This document shows, in pieces, positions 10,395 through 21,332 of a stretch of 64,000 bases of DNA (its first letter is position 1; the number at the start of each line of letters is the position of its first letter). The DNA comes from Verrucomicrobiota bacterium (GTDB taxonomy: Bacteria; Verrucomicrobiota; Verrucomicrobiia; Limisphaerales; AAA164-E04). The notes under the pieces were generated by a model. That model did not search any database and had not been told where the DNA came from. It saw nothing but the letters and a program-made list of their open reading frames with translations. The translations under genes were made by a program, and so were the position numbers. The DNA lies in assembly GCA_047947115.1 (NCBI GenBank), contig CP170459.1:5088001-5152000 (forward strand). The letters run 5' to 3'.

Positions 10395-13300
10395 ATGCAA
10401 CCGGACAGGGCTCAATTGAAGGTGAACCAACAACTGCAGTTCACCGCCTTTTTTCTCTCAGCAGGTTCAGCGGTGTGGAGCCTTGATTCGACGGATCCGG
10501 ATCTTCCGGGCAGCATCAGTGCCCAGGGACTTTATACAGCACCGGCCAGCCTGCCCGACCCAGGACTGATCCTTGTCCGTGCGCACAATGCAGAAGCTCC
10601 CCATGAACAAGTTTCCGCTTTGGTGGCAGTGCTTCCTGAAGTGGTATTTCAAATCACCCGTGAGCAAGCGATCGATATCCTCATTGAAAACGTCATTGCA
10701 CCACTGCCTGACAAGGAGAAAATGATAGCACTCGGTCTGCAGGAAACGCTTGAGGAAGAGGATCGACTGACCGCGTTTGACCCATCCCCCAACGGTACGG
10801 CTGCTCGCCCAATTGATTCACCCTGCTGGTTTTTCATGTTGGATCATGATCCGGGTGCAAGTTGGGCTCATCCGGTCGACTATGTTTTGATCAACTGCCA
10901 GACAGGAGCCATCGAGCAAACATTACGCCGCTTGTGGTATCCTGAATTGAACGGTCTCGCCTTCTGGAATTCCCTGGAATCAAAAGAAAGCAAGAATGAT
11001 CTGGTCTTTGCCGGACGCGAAATATACTCCAATCTGGAGGAACCGGAAATCGTGGCACCCACCCCTGAAGCGAGTGCTGAAGCTTTCGGTCCCCTGTCAT
11101 CTCACGCCACCCCGCTTGCAGATGAATTCCTCCCTCTCAACCGTGTTTTCCCACGTCCGGTCTCAGCATGTGAATGTGAAACACCGGGTCAATTTTATGC
11201 AGTTGTCGGAGTGACAAGCCCGGAAGAAAGCCGGTTGTTACGCTCAGGAAGGCGATGGAAGGAAATTTTCGAATCCAACCGTTATCACACGAAGTACATT
11301 TCAAATCCGGCCGGCAAAAGCATTCTTTCAGCTCTGGATGAATTGCGCCACGTTGTCAGACCATGCGATGTACTGGTTCTTTACCTGATGGGACATGGTG
11401 TGGCCGGCAGTCTGAGCAAATCACCCAGTGGTTCGATTGCTGAAGTCATGGCCCTGATCCCGACCAACGCCAAATACTTCATCATGGAAACATGTGACGC
11501 AGGTCATGTGTTCGGCATCATGAATCAACAACGGCACGTCCCCGCCATGACCATACTCACCGCCTCGAACAAGGTGGACACCAGTTCAAACATTCAATTT
11601 TCCGGAACCGCCCCTTTGGCCACCATCCATCCATTGGGATTATCAGCATTCAGCAGTGCCCTCATTTCCTGCATGTCCAGGCACGACGACTTGTCACTGA
11701 TCCACCAATGCCTGACCAGTGTCACTGAAATAGGCCCCCTGGGCTTGCGCCTCAAATTTGCCGGCCCCCAACTTGGGACTGTGGGAGATCCTGACACAGA
11801 CAACGACGGAGTGACTGACAAGTATGAGCTGGCCTGCGGCATGGATCCCGAAAATCCGGACACCGACGGCGACGGAGTCTGCGATGGCATTGAATTTGGC
11901 GAGCTGGCAACCTTGGAAGAGAAAAGTCAATGGGGTTTGCGTGAGTTTTTCCTGGCTGAAGGTCTGGGTCGCCCCAAATTTGCCACACACACACAATTGC
12001 CGGCAGCGGTCGCATTCAACTCCTATGAACAACAACTGACCATCAGCAAAGGAATCCCGTTCAATGATCGTCCTGTCGGCGAGGAAAACCCTTTTGGCAA
12101 ATCCGCAGGCAATGGATATCGACTGGTATCCGGAGTCTTGCCCGCAGGAGTGACATTCAACACCGATACGGGCTGGATAAGTGGTAGGGCGACGGAATTT
12201 GGCACGTTCAACATCACCGTCCGCTATACCGATGCCATCGGAGCATTCGTGGAGAGCACTTACAATCTCCGAGTGCAGGCCCGCGGCGAAAGAGATCCGG
12301 AAATCGTAGTCTCAACCGCATTGGACGGCAATGTTCGGGACGATGATCTTTCACTCAGAGAAGCTCTCATGCTGGCAAGTGGTCAAATGACACCGGACCA
12401 GTTGCGCCCCGATCCAGACCCCAACAATGGTATCGGGGAAGGTGAAACACGCTGGGTTCGATTTGGCATTCCGTCTGCCGACTCTTCTGACCGCATCATA
12501 TTCCAGGCTCCCACCGATTCCTACACCATCACTCAAGGATCACTTGACGTGGCAGGGCAAAACGACATCATTGAATTCTCCCCCAGGGACAGTTTCTCCA
12601 TCAACCAGGGACCCTTGTTCAAAATCACGGGGAATGGAAATCAGTTCACAAATGCTGGCAAACTTCTGACATCCGCTGCGGGGCCGGTTGTGATGATTGA
12701 AGGCAACGACAATGTAATCGGAGGAGTACGAAACCACACCCAAACCGCATCATTCACCATCACGGGGAATTCCGCAAGCGACGGCGTACACATCTCAGGC
12801 AATGGCAACCGGATCGCCGGCACCATCGTGAGGGAAGCTCAAACAGGCATCCGCATCAGCAACGGATCGGGCAACCAAATCCGTCGGTGCCGCCTTATTT
12901 TGAATCAGGACGGACTTCGCCTGGATCAGGGCGCTCATCACAATGATATCAGGGATTGCATCAGTGGCTTTTTATTTGAAGAAGTCGCCCCTCCAAAGCC
13001 CCATCCCAACACACGAAACGGGATCGTGATTGCCGACGGAGCCCACGACAACACCATTATTGACAGCGGGGTGGGAGCCAATGGCGGAGCCGGATTGATG
13101 GTAACAGATAAGGGCACCGATCGAAATCAAATCATCAACAACCGTATTGGCACAGACCAGGGATTCGGAAGATCCGCAGGCCCGGTCGGCCCAAACCAGC
13201 AACATGGCTGCGTCATTCAATCTCAAGCCTCAAACAATCACGTGACGGGTGGGAGCATCTCCGAGAACACGGGTCATGGTATCCTCATCACCGGCAACGA

Positions 13301-15101
13301 AACATCGAAAAATGAAATCGGCGAAGGAGATACTCGGGGTGTGGAGATCAATAAACCGGATGAAACGGGTGATGCCGTTCGAATTGAAAACGGCGCAAGT
13401 GAAAACAGTATTTCCGTAAACATCGACCTGGCGGGTGCAAATGGCATCAGCATATTGGGAACAGGAACCCGTCACAACCGCGTCGGAATGCGCCGTTTCA
13501 ACCAACTCTCCATTCCAACTCAGATCAACAATGTCAAGGGAATCGGCGTCTTGATTGCGGAGGGCGCAAGCGACAACATCGTGGAAGGAGCACGCATTAG
13601 AACCTCTGAAACGGGCCTCGTCATCCGTGGACGCAATACCGATCGCAATCAAGTACAAGGCGTCTCCCTGACCAGAAATCGAGGCGATGGAATCCAGCTC
13701 ATAGATGGGTGCCAGCATAACCGAATAGAGGCGGAAGGTTTCATCGAAGAAAACGGGGCCAATGGCATTCTGATTGCGGGGCAACAGACAAGTTTCAATT
13801 TAATAGAGGACACCACTTTCAATTCAATCACTCCGAACACACTGCAAGCAATCAGGCTGGACGATCAAACAAACAACAACCGCGTCGAATCCTGCGACAT
13901 CAGACGACATGAAGCCGGAGGCATTCTGATCACGGGCGGTGCGCACTCCAATCAAACCGTCAGCACTTCCATTCGCGGAGGCTTATTTCAGGAAGACGTC
14001 GCCAAGAGCACAACCGGAATCACGATAAACGGAGGCGCACTGAAAAATCTCGTGCTGAAATGCTCGATCTCGAGCAATGGACAACATGGTGTCTTGATTG
14101 AAGGACAGGAAACCCGGCGGAATTTTCTCTATGACAACAACATTCAGAGCAACCTGCAAACCGGGATCCGAATTGAAAACGCCGTAGACAACCGGATTGG
14201 ATCTGCCGCCCGGGGAGGCAACGACATCCAGCGCAGTCCAGGAATCGGCATCCACATCACCGGAGATTCAGCGTCTTTGAACAAAGTGCGCGCGAACATC
14301 ATCGGAGCTACTTTCAGCACCTTTTTCGTGAATGAACACCACGGCATTGTGATCGACCATGGAGCCCATGACAACCGCATCGGAGGTGTCCGGCCACGCT
14401 TCCCAGACCCAGCCACGCCACAAATACTGTTGCCTCCCACAGAAGATCAACTTGCCCACGGAAACCTGATAACAGGGAACGGAGGACACGGGATCGTCAT
14501 TGATGGCGCAAATAACAATCTGGTGCTTGGAAACCTGATCGGCTTTTCAAACCCCAACCGCCCCGTCAAGGGCAATGGTGGCCATGGCATCGCCATTCTG
14601 AACGGAGCCCAAGGAAATCGCATTGGAAATGGTGTGGCCCCAAATTTGCTGAATCCGGGTTATTCCAATCAAATCGTCGGGAACACCAAAGCCGGCATCT
14701 GGCTCAGCGGCGCCGGGACAAAGGCCAACACCATTCGTCGCAATGAAATCTACGACAACGGCGAAGGTCACATCGTTCTGGAACAGGACGCGAACAACAA
14801 CCTCGAATCCCCTGGCGTCTTTGTCGAAGTGGTCGAGCAGCGCATCCAGGGAAGCACATCAAAAAGAGGATACATTGAATTGTTTTCAGATGCTCGGGGA
14901 TTCAATGGTATATTCCATCTCACCGCACTGGTTGGTGGAGGCGATTTCACCATTAACCAGTCAAATCCAGGTCAATCTTTCAACGCCGTCATCATCGAAT
15001 CTGTACGCCCGATTCGCTTTGGCGATCAATATATCTCTTACACAGAATACCAATCAGGAAACACATCCAGTTACAGGCACCTGGACCTGACTTCTCCGTG
15101 A
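10395..15101 (+). CDS. Large multidomain extracellular protein: Ig-like, clan CD (caspase/legumain-like) peptidase domain, Ca-binding repeats, putative Ig, CSLREA-like motif, right-handed beta-helix
   Basis: GSISAQGLYTAP (Ig-like); VLYLMGHG and IMETCDAG (His/Cys dyad); DTDNDGVTD/DTDGDGVCD; LPAGVTFNTDTGWISG; VVSTALD...LSLREAL; many GI.I....N.I..N.I repeats. Confidence 0.85.
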   Translation: MQPDRAQLKVNQQLQFTAFFLSAGSAVWSLDSTDPDLPGSISAQGLYTAPASLPDPGLILVRAHNAEAPHEQVSALVAVLPEVVFQITREQAIDILIENVIAPLPDKEKMIALGLQETLEEEDRLTAFDPSPNGTAARPIDSPCWFFMLDHDPGASWAHPVDYVLINCQTGAIEQTLRRLWYPELNGLAFWNSLESKESKNDLVFAGREIYSNLEEPEIVAPTPEASAEAFGPLSSHATPLADEFLPLNRVFPRPVSACECETPGQFYAVVGVTSPEESRLLRSGRRWKEIFESNRYHTKYISNPAGKSILSALDELRHVVRPCDVLVLYLMGHGVAGSLSKSPSGSIAEVMALIPTNAKYFIMETCDAGHVFGIMNQQRHVPAMTILTASNKVDTSSNIQFSGTAPLATIHPLGLSAFSSALISCMSRHDDLSLIHQCLTSVTEIGPLGLRLKFAGPQLGTVGDPDTDNDGVTDKYELACGMDPENPDTDGDGVCDGIEFGELATLEEKSQWGLREFFLAEGLGRPKFATHTQLPAAVAFNSYEQQLTISKGIPFNDRPVGEENPFGKSAGNGYRLVSGVLPAGVTFNTDTGWISGRATEFGTFNITVRYTDAIGAFVESTYNLRVQARGERDPEIVVSTALDGNVRDDDLSLREALMLASGQMTPDQLRPDPDPNNGIGEGETRWVRFGIPSADSSDRIIFQAPTDSYTITQGSLDVAGQNDIIEFSPRDSFSINQGPLFKITGNGNQFTNAGKLLTSAAGPVVMIEGNDNVIGGVRNHTQTASFTITGNSASDGVHISGNGNRIAGTIVREAQTGIRISNGSGNQIRRCRLILNQDGLRLDQGAHHNDIRDCISGFLFEEVAPPKPHPNTRNGIVIADGAHDNTIIDSGVGANGGAGLMVTDKGTDRNQIINNRIGTDQGFGRSAGPVGPNQQHGCVIQSQASNNHVTGGSISENTGHGILITGNETSKNEIGEGDTRGVEINKPDETGDAVRIENGASENSISVNIDLAGANGISILGTGTRHNRVGMRRFNQLSIPTQINNVKGIGVLIAEGASDNIVEGARIRTSETGLVIRGRNTDRNQVQGVSLTRNRGDGIQLIDGCQHNRIEAEGFIEENGANGILIAGQQTSFNLIEDTTFNSITPNTLQAIRLDDQTNNNRVESCDIRRHEAGGILITGGAHSNQTVSTSIRGGLFQEDVAKSTTGITINGGALKNLVLKCSISSNGQHGVLIEGQETRRNFLYDNNIQSNLQTGIRIENAVDNRIGSAARGGNDIQRSPGIGIHITGDSASLNKVRANIIGATFSTFFVNEHHGIVIDHGAHDNRIGGVRPRFPDPATPQILLPPTEDQLAHGNLITGNGGHGIVIDGANNNLVLGNLIGFSNPNRPVKGNGGHGIAILNGAQGNRIGNGVAPNLLNPGYSNQIVGNTKAGIWLSGAGTKANTIRRNEIYDNGEGHIVLEQDANNNLESPGVFVEVVEQRIQGSTSKRGYIELFSDARGFNGIFHLTALVGGGDFTINQSNPGQSFNAVIIESVRPIRFGDQYISYTEYQSGNTSSYRHLDLTSP

Positions 15102-15383
15102 TGATTTCCAGGTCTGGAATGAACAGTGCGAAGCCGCAAACAATGTGTTGAGAATCCAGACATGGCGTCAGGAAGCAGAGGGTGGAGTTCAGATCATATG
15201 TAATCATCGTAAAAACCGGACTTGAGCCAATATGGAATTTGAATCAATATCGGACCCGACCAATGCCATTGAACAGATTTGAACCAAACCCATATGGAAA
15301 CAAGCTGCCATGGAATAAATACAGACTTTGCTTCGAACAGTAGTTCCAACAGAGGCTGGCCCTCTATCCTGAGGGCTGCAACC

Positions 15384-17300
15384 ATGCGGCATGCCATTTC
15401 TGTGAAGATAACACGGCTGCTCTTTGTGCTCCTGTGTTCCATCGCGCCAGTCCATGCAGCCGACATTCAAAACATCAGCGAAGAAGCCCTCCGGGCGGAC
15501 GCCAAGAAGACGTTTAAGGAGAAAGTCGGTCCATTCGTTGAACAATACTGCAAAAGATGCCACGGCGGCGGCCGCGCCAAGGCGAACGTCAACCTCGAAG
15601 TGGACTTGAAGGAACCTGGCCGAGGCGTTGCGTTTCAGCATTGGAAGAAAGCCGTTGCCAACGTCAAGGTGCATGACATGCCACCAGAGGACGCGGCCAA
15701 ACAGCCCAGCGACGAAGAGCGACTTCAATTCATCGAGTGGATCGGTCTTCTCAAATACCTGAGCCCGAAAAATCCCGGTTCATTCGTCATGAGGCGCCTG
15801 ACACCTGTGGAGTATGGCAACACACTACGCTACCTTTACGGTGTGGACCCATCCATCGCCGGACAGCTTCCGGAGGAAGTTGTCGGAGAGGGGTATCTCA
15901 ACTCGATCTCTTCAATGCAATCGGAAATATTCCTTGAATTGGCCAACAAAGTTGTCGAGCAGATTGTGGCGCCGGAAGGCAAACCGCCAACAGCTGTGCA
16001 AAAAAGGTTATTCGGCGAGGCGCCCACCGAAGGAAGCGACCCTGGGGAAGTCGTGCGTCAGGTTGCGGGTTCTCTGGCCAGAGATGCCTACCGCCGCCCG
16101 CCCACCGAAGCAGAACTGGATGTCCTCGTGGACGTTTTCAACCTCGCCCGCGAGGACGGGTTGAACTACAACGCGTCGCTGGCCATGATGCTCAAAGCTG
16201 TCCTCGTCTCTCCGCAGTTCCTTTTTATCACACCTTCAACCGAGGTGCCATCGGATGAAGCGATCGTTCGTTTGGACGACCACCAGCTTGCCTCGCGACT
16301 GTCTTATCTGCTTTGGGCAGCGCCGCCCGACTCCGAGTTGTCCGCTCTCGCCGACAAGGGTGAACTGCACAAACCCGAAACGCTGCGAGACCAGACGGAG
16401 CGACTCCTGCTGCATCCTCGAGCGCGGGCTCTGTTCGACGGATTCGGCGCCCAGTGGCTGCGTGTGAACGACCTGGAACGTCAGGTATTCGATCCAGACT
16501 TGTTTCCCCATATGAGAACTGCCATGAGGGAAGCGATGATGAATGAAGTTCGCCTGTTTTTCGAAAGCATCGTCCGGGAAAACCAACGGATCATTCGGTT
16601 TGTGGACAGCGATTACACTTTTCTGAATGAACCGCTCGCGGAGTTGTATGGACTTCAGTCATCGTACATCAAAGGCCCCAACATGCTGAGGGTAAAACTT
16701 GAGAATCCCAACCGTGGAGGCATCCTCGGTATGTCGGCCACGCTGGCGGCCACCTCATTTCCGAACCGGACAAGCCCTGTTCGTCGAGGCGTATGGGTGC
16801 TTGAGCAAATCCTGGGCGAACGCGTCCCACCTCCCCCGCCCGATGTTCCCGAATTGGACGAACAAGAGCAGCAGAGCATAGAAGGATTGACGCTTCGACA
16901 AAGGACCGAACTCCACACCTCCGATCCTGTTTGTGCCAATTGCCACCGGGTGCTGGATCCGATCGGCTTTGGTTTGGAGAACTTCGACGCCATCGGACGC
17001 TGGCGTGAGAAGAACAATACCGGGGCAATAATAGACTCGGAAGGAAACCTTCCAACCGGAGAAACCTTCTCCACTCCGGCACAATTAAAACGTCTTCTTG
17101 CAAAGCGAGAGGCCGACCTGGCACGAAACCTGACCGAACGACTCATGGCCTACGCCCTCGGTCGACAATTGGAGGGATACGATGAGGTCGTCATCGACCA
17201 ACTCATGTCACGCATCGCCGAAGAAGGCTACCGTGTAAGGACGATGATCACCGAAGTCATCGCCAGCTATTTATTTACCCACCGCCAAGTCGAAGAATGA
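15384..17300 (+). CDS. DUF1592/DUF1588-type cytochrome c domain protein (PVC/myxobacterial family)
   Basis: Signal peptide, CKRCH and CANCH heme motifs, [50 protein letters not shown]. Start uncertain (15279-15384). Confidence 0.9.
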   Translation: MRHAISVKITRLLFVLLCSIAPVHAADIQNISEEALRADAKKTFKEKVGPFVEQYCKRCHGGGRAKANVNLEVDLKEPGRGVAFQHWKKAVANVKVHDMPPEDAAKQPSDEERLQFIEWIGLLKYLSPKNPGSFVMRRLTPVEYGNTLRYLYGVDPSIAGQLPEEVVGEGYLNSISSMQSEIFLELANKVVEQIVAPEGKPPTAVQKRLFGEAPTEGSDPGEVVRQVAGSLARDAYRRPPTEAELDVLVDVFNLAREDGLNYNASLAMMLKAVLVSPQFLFITPSTEVPSDEAIVRLDDHQLASRLSYLLWAAPPDSELSALADKGELHKPETLRDQTERLLLHPRARALFDGFGAQWLRVNDLERQVFDPDLFPHMRTAMREAMMNEVRLFFESIVRENQRIIRFVDSDYTFLNEPLAELYGLQSSYIKGPNMLRVKLENPNRGGILGMSATLAATSFPNRTSPVRRGVWVLEQILGERVPPPPPDVPELDEQEQQSIEGLTLRQRTELHTSDPVCANCHRVLDPIGFGLENFDAIGRWREKNNTGAIIDSEGNLPTGETFSTPAQLKRLLAKREADLARNLTERLMAYALGRQLEGYDEVVIDQLMSRIAEEGYRVRTMITEVIASYLFTHRQVEE

Positions 17301-18703
17301 ACACCACTCACAGCAAGCAAAGCAGAGTCATGAAAACACATCATCACACATCTATGGTGGATCGTCGCAAATTCCTTAAAGGAGTGGGAGTATCCCTCGC
17401 GCTGCCTTTTATGGATTCGTTGGCCTCCGCCTCCACGCCTGCCAAACCACCCGTGCGCCTCGCGTTTATGTATATGCCGCACGGGGTCATCATGGATCAG
17501 TTCTGGCCCAAGAGTCAGGAAGAATTTCTGAACTCACCACCCCCCATTATCCAGTCACTGAAACCGATCATGGACCAGTGCCTCATGATGAAAGGTATTT
17601 CCGGGGTACCGATCACGCCCTTCAACGGTGCCCCGCACGCGCTGGAGTTATCCACTTGGCTCACCGGACGCCTGCCTGACGCCGATTCGCGTGACCGCAT
17701 CAACATTTCTATTTCCGCCGACCAGATCATGGCCAACTATGTGGGAGCCCAAACGTTGCTCCCTTCGCTTGAACTGGCCACCATGCCGCAGACATGGAAG
17801 GAGAATCAGGAAGGCCTGCATGAGGGATATTACAACTACTGCAGTTTCCGTTCACCCACGCGACCCGTGCCGGCGGAAACCGATCCCCGCAATGTGTTGA
17901 ACCGTCTGTTCGGCAAACAAGGCAGGGAAGGAACGGTTTCCCAGACCAACCCACTGGACCGCAAGATGCTCGACCGAGTGCTGGGCGGCGCTCGCGATCT
18001 ACGCCGCACCCTGGCCAGAGGAGACCAGCAGAAACTCGACGAATACCTGGACAGTGTGCGATCGGTGGAACGCCGCATCGCCGCCATCGAAACGCGCCAG
18101 CAAGAAGCAGCATTCGAGAAAAACGGAGTCAGCCCTGCCAAGCGCCACGCCACCGATTCGGCGCCCATTGAGGTAAAGATTCCCGAGGGCGACAAGCGCA
18201 GCGAGTACATGAAGGTCATGTGCGATCTCACGATCCTCGCCTTTCAGACCGACACCACTCGCGTCAGCACCTACATTGGCTCTCGTCCCAACGGCGCATC
18301 CTATCCCGAACTGGGCTTCTCCAATCAACACCATTCACAAACACATTATGGCACCGATCAGGAAAAGATCAGCAAGGTGGCGGCCATCAACAAATTCAAC
18401 GTTGACCAATATGCCTACATGGTTACGAAGATGCACACACTCAAGGAAGGCAACGGCACGCTTCTCGACAATTGCATCATGATGTGGGGTTCCGGGCTGG
18501 AAGACGGCCACAACCATCGTCGGGAAAACCTGCCATTCATCATCGCCGGAAAAGGCGGAGGTTCGATCAACACCGGACGTTTTCTTCCGGACGTAAAAGG
18601 CAATCAGGGTGATTTGCTCACCACATTGCTAACGTGTGTCGGAATACCTTTGGATCGTCCCATTGGCATTGCGACCAAACAAATCACTGAAATGAAGGCA
18701 TGA
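17297..18703 (+). CDS. DUF1552 domain protein (Tat-exported)
   Basis: [16 protein letters not shown]at signal, [46 protein letters not shown]; 4-nt overlap with the upstream gene. Confidence 0.9.
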   Translation: MNTTHSKQSRVMKTHHHTSMVDRRKFLKGVGVSLALPFMDSLASASTPAKPPVRLAFMYMPHGVIMDQFWPKSQEEFLNSPPPIIQSLKPIMDQCLMMKGISGVPITPFNGAPHALELSTWLTGRLPDADSRDRINISISADQIMANYVGAQTLLPSLELATMPQTWKENQEGLHEGYYNYCSFRSPTRPVPAETDPRNVLNRLFGKQGREGTVSQTNPLDRKMLDRVLGGARDLRRTLARGDQQKLDEYLDSVRSVERRIAAIETRQQEAAFEKNGVSPAKRHATDSAPIEVKIPEGDKRSEYMKVMCDLTILAFQTDTTRVSTYIGSRPNGASYPELGFSNQHHSQTHYGTDQEKISKVAAINKFNVDQYAYMVTKMHTLKEGNGTLLDNCIMMWGSGLEDGHNHRRENLPFIIAGKGGGSINTGRFLPDVKGNQGDLLTTLLTCVGIPLDRPIGIATKQITEMKA

Positions 18704-18760
18704 CCAAATACACAAAGATTCATAGGCTTCACAACCGTCATCCTGATGGACCCCATTGAT

Positions 18761-20545
18761 TCACGGCGCCTGAATAAAAAGTTGCTGCAATGCTTCCGGA
18801 CCGATGAGTTCATCCGGACACCATGAAACGAGTGCTGTGCGTTTGGACAGATGTTCGGCAACTTCTTTGATGTATTTGATTTCGTTACGGCCACGAAGTT
18901 GTATCAGGGTATGGGTCGAGTCACATTTTGAAAAACTCTGGTTGATCACCCATGCGAATGGGTCGATTTGGGCCCGTCTCAAGTCATCCTGCAACATGGC
19001 TGCTTCATGCACGGGAGTCGCTTCAGGTAAAGTAACCACGATGACGTGTGTATATCGTGGGTCACGGAGGCGAGGCAGCAAATCCCTTACTTCGCCAGGC
19101 ATGTCACTTGCCTTTTTGGCGACTTCCCGATGATACGATTCTGTGGCGTCGAGCAGTAGCAATGTATGACCGGTAGGTGCCGTGTCGAGGACGACAAACC
19201 CAGTTTCTCCCCGTGCGACGGTGCGGGCGAAAGCTCGAAATACGGCAATTTCTTCCGTGCAGGGAGAACGAAGATCCTCTTGCAACAACGAAAGCGCGTT
19301 TCCGTCCAGGTTCCTTCCTGCCGTTGAGAGCACATAGTCCACATAGGATTGAGTTTCTTTCCGAGGATCAATACGACTGACAGTCAGGCCTTTGAATTCA
19401 CCGGCAGCATCTTCAATATGCGCCGCCGGATCGGTGGTGCTCAAATGAACCTGATGTCCTCGCCTCGCGAGTTCGATGGCAACCGAAGCTGCAATGGTTG
19501 TTTTCCCCACCCCACCTTTCCCCATCGTCATCACGACGCCACGGCCTGATGCTTCAAGTTCGTCAACCACTTCGGTCAAGGATTGAGTCAAGGGCAAGGT
19601 CATTTCCATGTCGTTTTGAAAAGACATGCTTTCGCTTGGGCTTGCTTGAGATAAGGCGCGCAGAGCCGCAATGCCCAGCAGGTTGTGGGGCTGAAGCGGC
19701 ACTTTGGTGATTGCCATGCCGGATAAAAAGACTTTGGCTCCCTCCAAGGCATGCTTGCCACGTTCAAGCAATGCTTTTGCCAGTGGATCGTCACCAGCTT
19801 CCTCGAATAGGCCATTCAGTACGAGGCTTTGATTCCGGATGCCGATTTGCGCAAGTTCTTTGCTTGTCCGTTCGGCTTCTGAAAGCGCTGCCTTTTGAGC
19901 CCGACTGACCAGGATAAGGGTCGTTCGTTCCCCGTCCGAGAGGGAATGCAGAGCATTTTCATAAATACTGCGCTGCTTCTCCAATCCAGCCAAAGGCCCA
20001 AGACATGAATTCCCTGTGGTCGAATCATTCAGGAATCCAGTCCATGCTCCTGGCAGGGTTAAAAGCCTAAATGTATGTCCGGTCGGAGCGGTGTCGAATA
20101 CAACATGATCATATCCCTCCGTGGCCTTGGGATCTCCAAGAATGCGCGAGAATTCATCGAAGGCGGCAATTTCCATGGTGCATGCCCCGGAAAACTGCTC
20201 TTCCATACTTTTGATGACAGACTCGGGCAGTTTGCCCCGGTAAGGGCCAACCATGCGCTCGCGATAGGCGGCAGCCGCTGCGGCCGGATCTACATTCAAG
20301 GCATCCAATCCCGTCACTTCGGGCACAGCTGATGGACTGGATGCAAGTGTTACACCCAGCACTTCGTCCAAATTCGAAGCAGGGTCCGTGCTGACTAACA
20401 GCACCCTTTTTCCAAGGTCGGCAAGCTGGATGGCACAAGCGCAAGCGATGGACGTTTTTCCCACGCCACCTTTCCCTGTAAAGAACAAAAAAGGGCTCGG
20501 TTTTTGAAGTGATTGAAGGAGCGAATGATTGACTGATGCACTCAT
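18761..20545 (-). CDS. arsA: Arsenical pump-driving ATPase ArsA
   Basis: Two GKGGVGKT Walker A and two DTAPTGH motifs; metalloid-binding Cys contexts SGACT, SCLGP, SPCT; ATG 20545 overlaps the arsD stop. Confidence 0.96.
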   Translation of the reverse strand: MSASVNHSLLQSLQKPSPFLFFTGKGGVGKTSIACACAIQLADLGKRVLLVSTDPASNLDEVLGVTLASSPSAVPEVTGLDALNVDPAAAAAAYRERMVGPYRGKLPESVIKSMEEQFSGACTMEIAAFDEFSRILGDPKATEGYDHVVFDTAPTGHTFRLLTLPGAWTGFLNDSTTGNSCLGPLAGLEKQRSIYENALHSLSDGERTTLILVSRAQKAALSEAERTSKELAQIGIRNQSLVLNGLFEEAGDDPLAKALLERGKHALEGAKVFLSGMAITKVPLQPHNLLGIAALRALSQASPSESMSFQNDMEMTLPLTQSLTEVVDELEASGRGVVMTMGKGGVGKTTIAASVAIELARRGHQVHLSTTDPAAHIEDAAGEFKGLTVSRIDPRKETQSYVDYVLSTAGRNLDGNALSLLQEDLRSPCTEEIAVFRAFARTVARGETGFVVLDTAPTGHTLLLLDATESYHREVAKKASDMPGEVRDLLPRLRDPRYTHVIVVTLPEATPVHEAAMLQDDLRRAQIDPFAWVINQSFSKCDSTHTLIQLRGRNEIKYIKEVAEHLSKRTALVSWCPDELIGPEALQQLFIQAP

Positions 20546-20913
20546 GAACAACACGAACTCCCCCCACAGCAACTCGATTCCGATGTTGATGTGGATTCGG
20601 AAATGTTCAGTTTTAAGAGCTCCGCCAATTCAGAACGCTCGGGATAACGCGATTGAAGCGCAACCTGCCCATTGAACAGGATGACGGGCAAGCAGGCTTC
20701 CCCATCACTCACAAGCAAATTGCTGATCGTTTCTTCTTTGACGAAGGCATCCGGATTTTGGGAAAGATTGAAGCGATGCACTGCCACACCATGGGATTTG
20801 ATCCATTCAATGTCGGCTGCAAACTGAACAAGTTGAGTATCCACATCGGGACCGCAGACTCCCGTGGAGCAGCACATGGCAGGTTCGAAGATTTGTAGGG
20901 TTTGAGTGTTCAT
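20542..20913 (-). CDS. arsD: Arsenite metallochaperone ArsD
   Basis: FEPAMCCSTGVCGPDVD, RFNLSQNP, YPER..L, C-terminal CC...CC. Confidence 0.95.
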   Translation of the reverse strand: MNTQTLQIFEPAMCCSTGVCGPDVDTQLVQFAADIEWIKSHGVAVHRFNLSQNPDAFVKEETISNLLVSDGEACLPVILFNGQVALQSRYPERSELAELLKLNISESTSTSESSCCGGSSCCS

Positions 20914-20937
20914 AAAAAAATTCAACAGTTTTGATGG

Positions 20938-21300
20938 TTAGCAAGCACGTTTACACAATTCAGACGGATCGACCCGGAGTATTGTTTTGAGATTCCTTTG
21001 GTCCTCTAATATCCTGGGATGTTCCTTGAGCGATTGAATCACCCATTCAATGGCTTCGCTTACCTCCAGAGGAGCATTACTTCCTGGCAACTGGTAAAAT
21101 ATCCACCGACCTTCCTTCCGTGATTCCAAAAGCCCGGCTTGAAACAGGATGGAAAGGTGTTTCGAGATGGTGGATGAAGCGAGACCGAGCAACTCCGTTA
21201 TCTGGCAAACACAAAGCTCACCTTGATGCAAGGCCATCAGCACCCGAACCCGGTTCTCATCCGCGAGCGCCTTGGTGATGTTCATGAAAGATCGCATCAT
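20938..21300 (-). CDS. arsR: ArsR/SmtB family metalloregulator
   Basis: KALADENRVR, ELCVCQI metal-binding box, STISKHL helix-turn-helix, RKEGRWIFY. Confidence 0.93.
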   Translation of the reverse strand: MMRSFMNITKALADENRVRVLMALHQGELCVCQITELLGLASSTISKHLSILFQAGLLESRKEGRWIFYQLPGSNAPLEVSEAIEWVIQSLKEHPRILEDQRNLKTILRVDPSELCKRAC

Positions 21301-21312
21301 TACAGAATCTAT

Positions 21313-21332
21313 ATTTCGCCAAACGACGAAAT
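21313..21332. promoter_or_regulatory. Putative ArsR operator (inverted repeat)
   Basis: ATTTCG-CCAAACGA-CGAAAT palindrome immediately upstream of arsR. Confidence 0.6.

Noticed and set aside
12600..14800. Repetitive region as a DNA repeat array or CRISPR
   Set aside because: The periodicity is at protein level (beta-helix); there are no identical nucleotide repeats with spacers.
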